Shown: piece by piece, positions 10,564-22,103 of the stretch
Layout: each line of letters opens with the position of its first letter
How positions within the stretch are numbered: the stretch's first letter is position 1
Source of the DNA: Isurus oxyrinchus
Lineage: Eukaryota
Direction: 5' to 3'
Assembly (NCBI GenBank): GCA_026770705.1
Contig: JANJGN010000021.1
Coordinates: 99,200,001-99,264,000 of the forward strand
DNA length: 64,000 bases
Made by a program: the position numbers and the translations under genes
The notes under the pieces: generated by a model
What the model was told of the DNA's origin: nothing
The model's input: the letters and a program-made list of their open reading frames with translations, nothing else
The model's database searches: none

Positions 10564-13500
10564 TAGCTATTAACATAAGATGACAAATCAAAAGGAATCC
10601 CCAAGCCCTGGATACTTGGTTTGTTTTGACTGGAAGGGACTCCTCAAAAATACTTAATAGGGAAGTGGCCGCAATACGGGGAGTATGCGGGTCACATTGG
10701 CGACAAGGGAAAACCCGCTGGGGAAGCCCTTTGGAGAATTGCACAAACAAAGATGTCAGATAAGAAATTTAAAAAGGTACAGAAGTCCGTAGCAATCGGA
10801 TGTTTATTTGAGGAATGGATAGAATGCCAACAGCAGGCTAGGAGAGAATGAGACAGACTAGAGGAAGAGAATAAAAAAGTCTGTGAGGAGATAGCCCACC
10901 TTAGTGAGAAGGTGACTTCTAAAGGGACAGAGAAGTGAAGATTAGATGCACATGAACCAATATCAGTTACAGTGCGAAAAATTGGTTAATGACAAGAGTA
11001 AGAGAGAGGGAGAAGCCCAGGCAGCTAGAGCTGAGGTGGAGGGATGGAAACAACAATGTAGTGATTTAGAAACTACATGAATGTGATTCACAGAGCAGCT
11101 CAGGAAAAGAGGAGTAGTACCGGTGATCAGACAAAGTGTCAGAAACTGATAGTGAGGCTGCAAGATCAGCTAGCCGCACAGAGGGGCATACTGTGTGCTT
11201 TCGCACCCGGAAGAGGTGAGGAAAGTGGTCAAGGGGATATAGATTGGGATGATTTAGCAGACGGGGCAGATAGATACAGCAGCGGTAACGGGGAACCTCC
11301 ACCAGATGATCCACCGGCGGCATATATTCCAGAGCCGGAAAAACCGTCTGCCCCAATGGCCCCCCCTTGTAACCACTAGAGCACAAGCAGGGACAGATGG
11401 CCAGGGGCAAGTCAGCCCGAATATGACATATTCCACCCCACTTGGGGAAAAGAATTGAGGGACATTGCGAAAGATATTGGGATGTTTATGCCTGGGGATA
11501 ATCCTAGGGAAAATAAAAATACCTGGAAGAACTCAGCAGGTCTGGCAGCATCTGCGGAGAGGAACACAGTTAATGCTTCAAGTCCGTATGACTCTTCAAC
11601 AGAACTAAGGAAAAATAGAATAGAGGTGAAATATAAGCTGGTTTAAGGGGGAGTGGGTGGGGTGGGACAGGTGGAGTGGATAGAGGGCCAGTGATAGGTG
11701 GAGATAACCAAAAGATGTCACAGACAAAAGGACAAAGAGGTGTTGAAGGTGGTGCTATTATCTAAGGAATGTGATAATTAAGAGTAGAAAGCAGGACGAG
11801 CAAGGTATAGATAGCCCTAGTGGGGGTGGGGTGACGTGAAGGGATCGAAATAGGCTAAAAGGTAGAGATCAAACAATGGATGGAAATACATTTAAAAATA
11901 ATGGAAATAGGTGGGAAAAGAAAAATCTTTATAAATTATTGGAAAAAAGGGGGATCGGAAAGGGGTGGGGATGGAGGAGAGAGTTCATGATCTAAAATTG
12001 TTCAACTCAATATTCAGTCAGGAAGGCTGTAAAGTGCCTATTTGGAAGATGAGGTGTTGTTCCTCCAGTTTGCATTGAGCTTCACTGGAACAATGCAGCA
12101 AGCCAAGGATGGACATGTGGACAAGAGAGCAGGGTGGAGTGTTGACATAGCAAGTGACAGGGAGGTCTGGGTCATGCTTGAGGACATACTGAAGGTTTTC
12201 CACAAAGCGGTCACCCAGTCTGTGTTTGGTCTCTCCAATGTAGAGGAGACTGCATTGGGAGCAGCGAATACAGTAGACTAAATTGAGGGAAGTGCAAGTG
12301 AAATGCTGCTTCACTTGAAAGGAGTGTTTAGGCCCTTGGACGGTGAGGAGAGGGGAAGTAAAGGGGCAGGTGTTGCACCTTCTGTGGTTACATGGGAAGG
12401 TGCCTTGGGAGGGTGTTGAGGTGTAGGGGGTGATGGAGGATTCGATCAGGGTGTCCCAGAGGGAACGATCCCTGCAGAATGCCACGGTGGGGGGAGGGGT
12501 TGGGGGGGCGGGGTTGTGGGGGGTGGTGAAGGGAAGATTTGTTTGGTGGTGGCATCATGCTGGAGTTGGCGGAAATGGTGGAGGATGATCCTTTGAATGC
12601 AGAGGCTGGTGGCGTGATAAGTGAGGACATGGAGGACCCTATCATGGTTCTGGGAGGGAAAGGAAGGTGTGAGGGCGGATGCGCGGGAGATGGGCCGGAC
12701 ACGGTTGAGGCCCTGTCAACCACTGTGTGTGGAAAACGTTGGTTAAGGAAGAAGGAAGACATGTCAGAGGAACTGTTTTAGAAAGTGGCATCATCAGAAC
12801 AAAAGATCCTCGGGAGTTGTTCCTAGCGGTCAGGGAACAGGGAGGGGTACACGACTTAGACGATGCTGAGGAAAGAAAAGTAATTCTAATGTGCCTACAC
12901 CCACATATACACTCCACCCTACTGGAGGAACAAACACTTGGTAGAAGCACTAATGAGACCTTAAAGAACCAGGTATTATCTGTCATTGGCGATAATAGAG
13001 GGGACCCAGCGGAGGCGCTGATGAAATGCTATCAAAGAAAAGGTGAACACCCCACCGCATTTTCGGCTCACATTTGGACAGTGTTTCAAGGGGTCTATGG
13101 CACAGGCCTATTTAGGGATAACTTACAGCCGGAGATTAGGAACCGATGGCTGAGAACGCTAGTGTCGCATGGCACTGAAGAGTTGAGGAAAGCACTAGAT
13201 CAGTTTGATCCCACTGATGACACACATACAAAGCCTTGGATAATTAGGAAGATGGTTAGAGTATGGGAAAAGGAAACACCAAAACTACCCAAGACATCCG
13301 GGGACAGAGCAATGCCTGTTAAGAATCAGGTGACAACCTGGAGAAATGAAGGGAGGGGACCTACTCAGAGGGAACCCTCTCCAGTTTATCAAACATTAGG
13401 AAGAGGTAGAGGCAGAGGAAAAGGAAACTTCTCGGGAACAGGGAGAACTCAGGGCGAGGTGCCCAGATGCTATAACTGTGGTCAAGAGGGACACTTTGCA

Positions 13501-13635
13501 AGGGACTGCCTGAACTCGAGACGAGAGAATGCAGGTCGAGGAGGTAACCAGAGCCTACCTGTGGAAGGACCGAGTCCTCAGTATGATATGATAGAAATAT
13601 CACCGAGTTCCGGGTTGTACCCCGAACTGCAATGA
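10564..13635 (+). pseudogene. gag: Coiled-coil + Gag polyprotein, disrupted by stops/frameshifts and a PLE insertion
   Basis: E/K/Q/R-rich helical segment at ~10820-11200, then a Pro-rich linker. Removing 11511-12805 and one TSD copy rejoins ...MPGDNPRE|LFLAVREQGG... in frame. Contains the zinc knuckle CYNCGQEGHFARDC; stop at 13633-13635. The start coordinate is approximate. Confidence 0.8.
11511..12805 (-). mobile_element. 5'-truncated Penelope-like element (GIY-YIG endonuclease plus 3' tail) inserted in gag
   Basis: ORF 12018-12485 has NLVYCIRCSQCSLLYIGETK (GIY-YIG) with Cys/His motifs. Flanked by ATCCTAGGGA (11501-11510) and ATCCTCGGGA (12806-12815), a 10-bp TSD with one mismatch. Confidence 0.92.
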
Positions 13636-16453
13636 CGGTCTCAGACTTCTCCGTTATGGGTGTGTGATATGCAGTGGGATGACATGGGGAGATTCCTAGT
13701 GAATGATGGGGTTGGAGGCCACCCTATTACATTCCTTTGGGACACAGGGGGGTCCCGCACCACCGTTAACGCCACTCAGATCAACGACATACATGGGAAA
13801 ATTCAAAACAAAATTATTCTAAGCGGATTCACAGGGCGTTCACAAGTAGGATATGTGAGTGTACCGTTGAAAGTCGGTGTGGGAGACATAGTGATAGAGC
13901 ATTCAGTATCAAATTACCCAGAGAACAAGAACATATATTAGGGAGTGACGATATGGCCAAAGCGGGACTCTGCTTTGACCCTGTTAATTGTATGATTTGG
14001 CAAATGCCTTTGGGCATAGGCAGTATAAATCACACACTTGTCCCAGTGGGGGAAAATCAGGATAGGATATGCACGATTGGGGAAAAGTGGATGGAACCAG
14101 GAGAAATGAGTGACGATCCTGAAGTACAACAAATTATCGCACAAAACTCAATAGTATTTGCCCGACATAAACATGATTGTGGGAAATGATCGAGAGTGTG
14201 TGTATACAAGGTCCAGACCCCAAACCACAAAAGCAGTACGGTTTCCCAAAACAAGCAGAAGAAGAGATAGGGAAGGTGATATAGAGTCTGCTGCAGCAAG
14301 GGATATTAAGACCAATAGCTTCTACTGACAACGCACCTATTTGGCCGGTGAGGAAACCTGATGGTGGCTGGCGACTAACGATAGACTACAGAGAATTAAA
14401 TAAAGTCATCCAGTTAACAGCCCCTACTGTAGCAACTAGCCCAGAGACAGTAGTTCAACAAAATGAGGATGTGCAGTGGTTTACGGTTTTGGACATAAGT
14501 AACGGTTTTTGGCCTATCCCACTGGAGAAAGAATGTCAATATAAATTTGCGTTTACTTTCCAAAGAAAACAATATACATGGACCGCCCTGCCGCAGGGAT
14601 TTCACAATTCCCCGTCCATATTTCACCAACGACTGAGGGAAGGGTTAAAAGGATTCTCGAGGCCCGAATGTCTAGTGCAGTATGTAGACAACTTACTCCT
14701 ACAAACTAAAACCAAAAAGGAACATTATCAACTGCGAAGTGAATTACTGCAGTTGTTACATGATTTGGTATTAAAGATTAACCCTAAAAAAGCACAGATC
14801 ATGAAACAAAAAGTTACTTACTTGGGAATAATTCTGACACCGGGGAAGAGGGACATTGACAAGCGAAGGATAGAGACGGTTGGCAGGCTCCCTGTTCTGT
14901 GTGGTGTAAAAGGGTTAAGGTCCTTCTTAGGCTTGGTGGGATATTGCAGGGACCACATTGAAGGATTCACCACAAAAGCGGCCCTGCTGATGGAGATATT
15001 AAAAAAGAGTGTGGCCAGGGAGTGGAAAACAGAACACACTCAGGCCATGCCCGCTCTAAAGCAAGCACTAGCTGCTGCGCCTGCTCTGAAAACCCCAAAT
15101 CCAACTGAGCCATTTTCTTTGGAGGTGGCTACCACAGACACCACCCTTTCGGCCGTTCTGTTACAGGAGACACATGGGAAATTACAACCAGTAGCGTACG
15201 CCTCACACATGCTCTCACCAGTAGAGCAGGGGTTTACGATACGTGAAAAACATTTGCTAGCTGTCTTTTGGGCATTGCAGCATTTTACCTATATAGTGGG
15301 ACTAAAACCACTTACAATATTAACAGAACACACCCCCGTACAGCTACTGTTAGACGGAAGGATTAAGGATGGTGCAGTTAGCCAAAATAGAATCGCTAGA
15401 TGGACATTGTTGCTGAAAGGGAGAAATATAACCGTAAAGGGGGTAAAAACCACCACCATGTTAGCAGACAACTTAGTTTATCAGGGAGACAAACATGAAT
15501 GTCAATTGATGATAGCAAATGACCCCAAGGGCCCATTTGTATCAAATAAAAAGGGAGGGAGTAAGACGGGGCCTGAAAGCAAAAAAACAAAGGAAACAGG
15601 AAAGGAAGAACCCTAGTTTAAAATGTTTGTGGATGGCTCTTCATCAGTACAGGATGGGGAAAGGCGAACTGGCTGTGGGATATACATGGAGGATGAACAT
15701 GGACAGGAAAGATATAGTGCGGCTTTGAAATTACCTAAAACCATGAGTGCGCAGGCAGCAGAACTAGCAGCCAACACATATGTGGTTGGCCACCCAGAAT
15801 ATTTTCCGCCTAGATTAGTCATATATTCTGATAGCATGTATGTTTGTAATAGCCTCACAGAACATTTGCCCCTATGAGAAGTGAGAAGATTTGTCTCAGC
15901 GGATGGAAGGCCCCTTCCTTCGGACCCGCTATTACGGTACATCTTTGAAGAAGCACAGGGGAAAGGATTTGGGGTCACAAAAGTGAAAGCTCATTCAAAA
16001 CTATCTCCCGAAGGCAACAGGAAAGCTGATGAACTCGCCAATCGAGGTGCTGTAAGTGGTCAGGAATGGCAGCCACTGATTGGGGAAATCGGGGGCCAGA
16101 AGGAGAAGCAGGTCAAAGTAATGAATTTAACGGAGGAGCAAAAGAAAGTTGGAGAATTGAAAAAACTAATAGATGGAGCAGAGTCAGACACATACAAAAG
16201 GCACGATGGGGTCTATATTCAAGATGGAGTGGTTTTATGTGAAGGAAAATTTGTGGTGCCAGAGGGAGGACGAAACCAAATTATCCACTGGTACCATGAC
16301 TTATGGGGACATAAAGGGATGAAGAGCACCCTGGATCAGATAAAGGAGGTGTGCTGGTGGCCCAGAATGAAAGGTGACGTGGAACACTACGTCAAGAATT
16401 GTTTGATCTGTGCACAACGCAACCTCAATAGACACAGTAAAAGAAGCAAATTA
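13636..16453 (+). pseudogene. pol: pro-pol: protease, RT, tether, RNase H, integrase N-terminus
   Basis: FLWDTGGS (PR); WRLTIDYRELNK, LDISNGFW, LPQGFHNSP, QYVDNLLL (RT, YxDD decayed to YVDN); FSLEVATTDTTLSAVLLQ...PVAYAS (tether); FVDGSS...SAQAAEL...IYSDS...KVKAH...GNRKADELA (RNase H); HDLWGH...CLIC (IN). Carries frameshifts and in-frame stops (15614-15616, 15875-15877). Confidence 0.92.
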
Positions 16454-17030
16454 TGTAGCTGCTCACCGACAGGGAAAGAAGAAACAGCAAAGCAAGGTTT
16501 ATTTCGATGCAAAAGCCAGCCCGATATAATTGAGACCCACACCCGGCACCTTGCGAACTCTTTCTAGGGTCACCCACCATGATACCCATTTTCACCCTCC
16601 CGCCAACATCTCCTCCCCTCTACTCCCTGGAACCAAAACCTTAGCTCCCAGGGCACTTTTCTCCAGATAGGATTTGTGGAGCAGGAAATTGTCCTGAGCC
16701 TGTGGTCATGTCACAGGACTGAAAATTCAAGCCATGGTCTTCAGTGCATTTTGGGCCACATGGAAACTCAAGTTTGACTCCTGAGTCCGTGAGGAATAGT
16801 GTTTGGGTACTTTCCCTGTCCTTGTTTAGATCATTAACACCGTTCCTGCCAACCAGACCTCTGGTACATTCCCTTTGACCTCTGCTGCTGTTACCTCAGC
16901 TCCTTTACATTCCTCTGCCTTGGCCTCCTTAAATCCTACTGGCTTTCCTTTAGCCTCTTTCACCTTTACTGGCCCTATCGTCCCCTGTCATATTTTTGGG
17001 ATCTCCTCAGCCCGAGTGGACTACTCCTGC

Positions 17031-17723
17031 CCTAAATTCATATGTTCATATGTAGAATGTAGCACAGCTCTGATGCCTTCAAGCTTTCTATCCATGTCTA
17101 TCTGCTCTCATGTGCCTAGTCTTAAGAAATACATCCACAACCTGTTTACCCAATCCCTTATCAGTGATTGCTGCCTTTATATCATTATCAAAACATGATA
17201 GTCATCACCATAAAATTAGTGGTGTGAGTGAATTTCGGATTGAAATGAAGAGAAACAAGAATATTTGGAAGGATGAAGTGTGATACCATAGAGGGGGGGG
17301 GAAACAGTCACTGTATGAACAGTCTGACTGTCAAACAGGGTGATGGACAATCCACAGCAGGATCTCCACTGTCCCTCACAGAGCTTTATAATCACCCCTT
17401 TATATAGGGTCAGGAGGATGTTGGTGGTCTGAGATAACCTGGTCTATTCAACCGTGAGGGCATCACAGCTGATCCTGGGGTGGGTTGAACATGGATTATC
17501 CTTCTCCTCTCCGTAGTGTTTTGAAGACTTTAGCCCAGGAGTGATGAAACTGTTTTGCTTCTCCCAATCGATGTGAAAATTAAAAGTGTCCATTTGAACC
17601 ATTTTCCATTTGCTCCAAGCTTCTCTGCTCTCGGTGTTTCTACATCCTGCTGTCAGGAGAGCTACACACAAATCCCATCAGAGTCTTACAGACGGTGCTG
17701 ACTTCAATGGTGTAAAATATCAG
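17031..17723 (-). repeat. Inverted paralogous copy of the 5' part of MHC intron 1 (matches ~21591-22264), including the Gypsy LTR end and CR1 tail
   Basis: Spurious ORFs 17444-17671(-) and 21649-21876(+) are nearly identical. Homology resumes for a few bases at 20847-20865 beyond the PLE insertion. Confidence 0.93.
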
Positions 17724-19272
17724 AACAAAACCAAAAATACCTGGAAAAACTCAGCAGGTCTGACAGCATCTGCGGAGAGGAGCACAGTTAACGTTTCGAG
17801 TCCGTATGACTCTTCAACAGAACTAAGGAAAAATAGAAAAGAGGTGAAATATAAGCTGGTTTAAGTTGGGGGGGGGGGGGGGGGGGTGTGGTGGGACAAG
17901 TAGAGCTGCATAGAGGGCCGGGGGGGGTGGGACAGGTAGAGCTAGATAGAGGGCCAGTGATAGGTGGAGATAACCAAAAGATGTCATAGACAAAAGGACA
18001 AAGAGGTGTTGAACGTGGTGATATTATCTAAGAAATGTGATAATAAAGGTACAGATAGCCCTAGTGGGGGTGAGGTGGGGGGCAGGGATCGAAATAGGCT
18101 AAAAGGCAAAGATAAAACAATGGATGGAAATACATTTAAAAATAATGGAAATAGATGGGAAAAGAAAAATCTATATAAATGATTGGAAAAAAGGGGGATC
18201 AGAAAGGGGGTGGGGATGGAGGAGAGAGTTCATGATCTAAAATTATTGAACTCAATATTCAGTCCGGAAGGCTGTAAAGTGCCTAGTCTGAAGATGAGGT
18301 GCTGTTCCTCCAGTTTGCGTTGAGCTTCACTGGAACAATGCAGCAGGCCAAGGACAGACATGTGGGCATGAGAGCAGGGTGGAGTGTTGAAATGGCAAGC
18401 GACAGGGAGGTTTGGGTAATGCTTGTGGACAGACCGAAGGTGTTCCGGAAAGCAGTCACCCAGTCTGCATTTGGTCTCTCCAATGTAGAAGAAACGGCAT
18501 TGGGAGCAACGAATGCAGTAGATTAAATTGAGGGAAGTTCAAGTGAAATGTTGCTTCACTTGAAAGGAATGTTTAGGCCTTGGACAGTGAGGAGAGGGGA
18601 AGTAAAGAGACAGGTGTTACACCTTCTGTGATTGAATGGGAAGGTGCCGTGGGAGTGTGCTGAAGTGTAGGGGGTGATGGAGGAGTGGACCAGGGTGTCC
18701 CGGAGGGAACGATCCCTGCGGAATGCCGCCACCGGGGGTGAAGGGAAGATGTGTTTGGTGGTGGCATCATGCTGGAGTTGGTGGAAATGGCGGAGGATGA
18801 TCCTTTGAATGCGGAGGCTTGTGGGGTGATAAGTGAGGGCAAGGGGGACCCTATCATGTTTCTGGGAGGGAGGAGAAGGCGTGAGGGCGGATGCGCAGGA
18901 TATGGGCTGGACACGGTTGTGGGCCCTGTCAACCACCGTGGGTGGAAAACCTCGGTTCAGGAAGAAGGAAGACATGTTATAGGAACAGTTTTTGAAGGTA
19001 GCATCATCAGAACAGTTGCGACGGAGGCGAAGGGACTGAGAGAATGGGATGGACTCCTTACAGGGAACGAGGTGTGAGGAGCTGTAATCGAGGTAGCTGT
19101 GGGAGTCGGTAGGCTTTTAATGAATATTGGTGGACAGTCAATCACCAGAAATTGAGACAGAGAGGTCAAGGGAGTGAAGAGAAGTGTCAGAGATGGACCA
19201 TGTGAAAGGGGAGTGGGTCGGAGTAGGACTGGAACAAGGAATGTTCCATATACCCCATAAAGAGACAGGCAT
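17724..19272 (-). mobile_element. Penelope-like element, left (minus) arm of palindromic insertion
   Basis: Reverse complement of most of the right arm; contains RT C-terminal and GIY-YIG segments with an internal deletion near 19208. 3' tail at 17724, hammerhead-like motif at 17786-17824. Confidence 0.92.
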
Positions 19273-20846
19273 GGCCCCCTCCTACAACTCTTTCTCCGGT
19301 ACATCGATGATTGCTTCGGTGCTGCTTCATGCTTCTTGTCTGGACCTGGAAAAATTTATTAATTTTGCTTCCGACTTCCACCCCTCCATCATTTTCACAT
19401 GGTTCATCTCTGACACTTCCTTTCCCTTCCTTGACCTCTCTGTCTCAATTTCTGGTGATAGACTGTCCATAAATATCCATTACAAGCCTACCATCTCCCA
19501 CAGCTACCTTGACTACAGCTGCTCACACCCCGCTTCCTGTAAGGACTCCATCCCATTCTCTCAGTTCCTTCGCCTCCGTCGCATCTGTTCTGATGATGCC
19601 ACTTTCAAAAACAGTTCCTCTGACATGTCCTCCTTCTTCCTGAACCGAGGTTTTCCAGCCACGGTCGTTGACAGGGCCCTCAACCATGTCCAGCCCTTCT
19701 CCTGCGCATCCGCCCTCACGCCTTCTCCTCCTTCCCAGAAACATGATAGGGTCCCCCTTGTTCTCACTTATCACCCCACCAGCCTCCGCATTCAAAGGAT
19801 CATCCTCCGCCATTTCCGCCAACTCCAGCATGATGCCACCACCAAACACATCTTCCCTTCACCCCCGGTGGCAGCATTCCGCAGGGATCGTTCCCTCTGG
19901 GACACCCTGGTCCATTCCTCCACCACCCCCTACACCACAGCCCCCTCCCACGGCACCTTCCCATGCAACCGCAGAAGTTGCAACACATGCCCCTTTACTT
20001 CCCCTCTCCTCACCGTCCAAGGGCCTAAACACTCCTTTCAAGTGAAGCAGCATTTCACTTGTACTTCCCCCAATTTAGTCTACTGTATTCGTTGCTCCCA
20101 ATGCAGTCTCCTCTACATTGGAGAGACCAAACGCAGACCGGGTGACTGCTTTGCAGAACACCTTCGGTCTGTCCGCAAGCATTACCCAGACCTCCCTGTC
20201 GCTTGCCATTTCAACACTCCACCCTGCTCTCATGCCCACATGTCTGTCCTTGGCCTGCTGCATTGTTCCAGTGAAGCTCAACGCAAACTGGAGGAACAAC
20301 ACCTCATCTTCCGACTAGGCACTTTACAGCCTTCCGACTGAATATTGAGTTCAATAATTTTAGATCATGAACTCTCTCCTCCATCCCCACCCCTTTCTGA
20401 TCCCCCTTTTTTCCAATCATTTATATAGATTTCTCTTTTCCCACCTATTTCCATTATTTTTAAGTGTATTTCCATCCATTGTTTTATCTTTGCCTTTTAG
20501 CCTATTTCGATCCCTTCCCCCACCCCACCCCCACTAGGGCTATCTGTACCTTTATTATCACATTCCTTAGATAATATCACCACCTTCAATACCTCTTTGT
20601 CCTTTTGTCAATGACATCTTTTGGTTATCTCCACCTATCACTGGCCCTCTATCCAGCTCTACCTGTCCCACCGCCTGTTAAACCAGCTTATATTTCAGCT
20701 CTTTTCTATTTTCCTTAGTTCTGTTGAAGAGTTATATGGACTCGAAGCGTTAACTGTGTTCCTCTCCGCAGATGCTGTCAGACCTGCTGAGTTTTTGCTT
20801 TTTGTTTCGGATTTCCAGCATCCGCAGTTTTTTGCTTTTATCTTGT
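19273..20846 (+). mobile_element. Penelope-like element, right (plus) arm: RT C-terminus, GIY-YIG endonuclease, 3' tail
   Basis: FLRYIDDCFG at ~19291-19320, frameshifted relative to ORF 19184-20341. That ORF has FPFLDLSV, YKPT..HSYLDY.CSHP..CKDSIPFSQFLRLRRICS and NLVYCIRC...YIGETKR. Hammerhead-like motif at 20717-20755. Confidence 0.95.
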
Positions 20847-21163
20847 TGTAAAATATCAGGCTGGCCAATGAGAAACATCAACAGGAACGACACCCACCCC
20901 CTCAATGTCCACCTGGTCTGTGACCAGAACAAGAGCTCCGTCCATGTAATATCTGTCGTGGGGAGTGTCAATCAGTCCCACACTTCTTCTGACCCAGCTC
21001 CATCCCCACCCCCACTGGCTCTAAGTGGACAGGGAACCTGTCTCCATTTCACTTACAGGGGCAACCCTGTGAAAATCTGAACTTTCATCAGTTTCCCACT
21101 GGAGGCAGGTTCCTGACCCCAAAACACACCCGGATCCTGCTTCCTGCTGAAATTTCAGCTTTT

Positions 21164-21275
21164 ACTTTCTGTTTCCCAGCCTGAATCTCACTGTGTCTGT
21201 GTTTGATCTTCCTGGTAATTGGTGACAAGTGACTGTTTATCCATTTCATTGGGTATTTTTCTGAGACTAACCAAT
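21164..21275 (+). promoter_or_regulatory. MHC class I-type promoter module: ISRE, X1/X2, Y box, CCAAT
   Basis: ISRE ACTTTCTGTTTC (21164-21175; GAAANNGAAA on minus), X1/X2-like CCTGGTAATTGGTGAC (21211-21226), Y-box ATTGG 21 bp later (21248-21252), and CCAAT (21271-21275). A second ISRE-like GTTTCGTTCC (21381) and CTGATTGG (21397) lie nearer the ATG. Confidence 0.7.
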
Positions 21276-21427
21276 CATTCACCATCTGGTTCTGGAATCA
21301 GGAAATTATCAAGTCTTGTGATAAACACACGTTTTGTTTTTCCCCAGTTTATGAACAGGATTAGTTTCCCCCCTCAGCGTGTTTCGTTCCCAGTCCCTGA
21401 TTGGAACAGGGACAGTGGATTCCCAGA

Positions 21428-21479
21428 ATGTTGCTGATCCTTTTCTCCATCTCCCTGTGTTTTTCCTGGGTCTCTCCCG
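21428..21479 (+). CDS. MHC class I-like gene, exon 1 (signal peptide MLLILFSISLCFSWVSP)
   Basis: ATG at 21428, 17 hydrophobic codons plus 1 nt, consensus donor G|GTAAGT. Phase 1 matches the alpha-1 exon (G+AC = Asp). Confidence 0.85.
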
Positions 21480-22103
21480 GTAAGTACAGAATTCAGCCCT
21501 CCATTCTCACTCTCTTTCTCTCTGGGGTTAATAGGAATCTTTGGGTGAGAGTTTGAAATGGGTGATGTTTGATCAGCCGCCTGTTATACAGCCAGCCTGA
21601 TATTTTACACCATTGAAGTCAGCACCGTCTGTAAGACACTGATGGGATTTGTGTCCAGCTCTCCTGACTGCAGGATGTAGAAACACCGAGAGCAGAGAAG
21701 CTTGGAGCAAATGGAAAATGGTTCAAATGGACACTTTTAATTTTCACATCGATTGGGAGAAGCAAAACAGTTTCATCACTCCTGGTCTAAAGTTTTCAAA
21801 ACACTACGGAGAGGAGAAGGATAACCCATGGTTAACCCAACCCAGGATCAGCTGTGATGCCCTCATGGTTGAATAGACCAGGTTATCTCAGACCACCACC
21901 ATCCTCCTGACCTATATAAAGGGGTGATTAAAAATCTCTGTGAGGGATAGTGGAGATCCTGCTCTGGATTGTCCATCACCCTGTTTGACAGTCAGACTGT
22001 TCATACAGTGACTGTTCCCCCATTATGGTATCACACTTCATCCTCCCAAATATTCCTCTTTCTCTTCATTTCATTCCGGAATTCACTCACACCACTTGTT
22101 CCC

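Larger units (their letters stand above)
9673..16453 (+). mobile_element. Decayed endogenous retrovirus-like LTR element (lokiretrovirus-like), 3'-truncated within integrase
   Basis: Order is 5' LTR, tRNA-Asn PBS, coiled-coil/Gag with CCHC knuckle, protease (DTG), RT, degenerate RNase H/tether, second RNase H, integrase HHCC. No IN core, env or 3' LTR is present. The retroelement call is firm; the lineage is inference. Confidence 0.9.

Noticed and set aside
19184-20341. 385-aa ORF as an intact PLE protein
   Set aside because: The N-terminus is read from the antisense arm across the palindrome junction, the YIDD motif is out of frame, and most of the RT is missing.
17444-21876. Two near-identical 75-aa ORFs (17444-17671 -, 21649-21876 +) as a duplicated small gene
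   Set aside because: They have non-ATG starts and no recognisable domain, and they simply reflect the inverted intron duplication.
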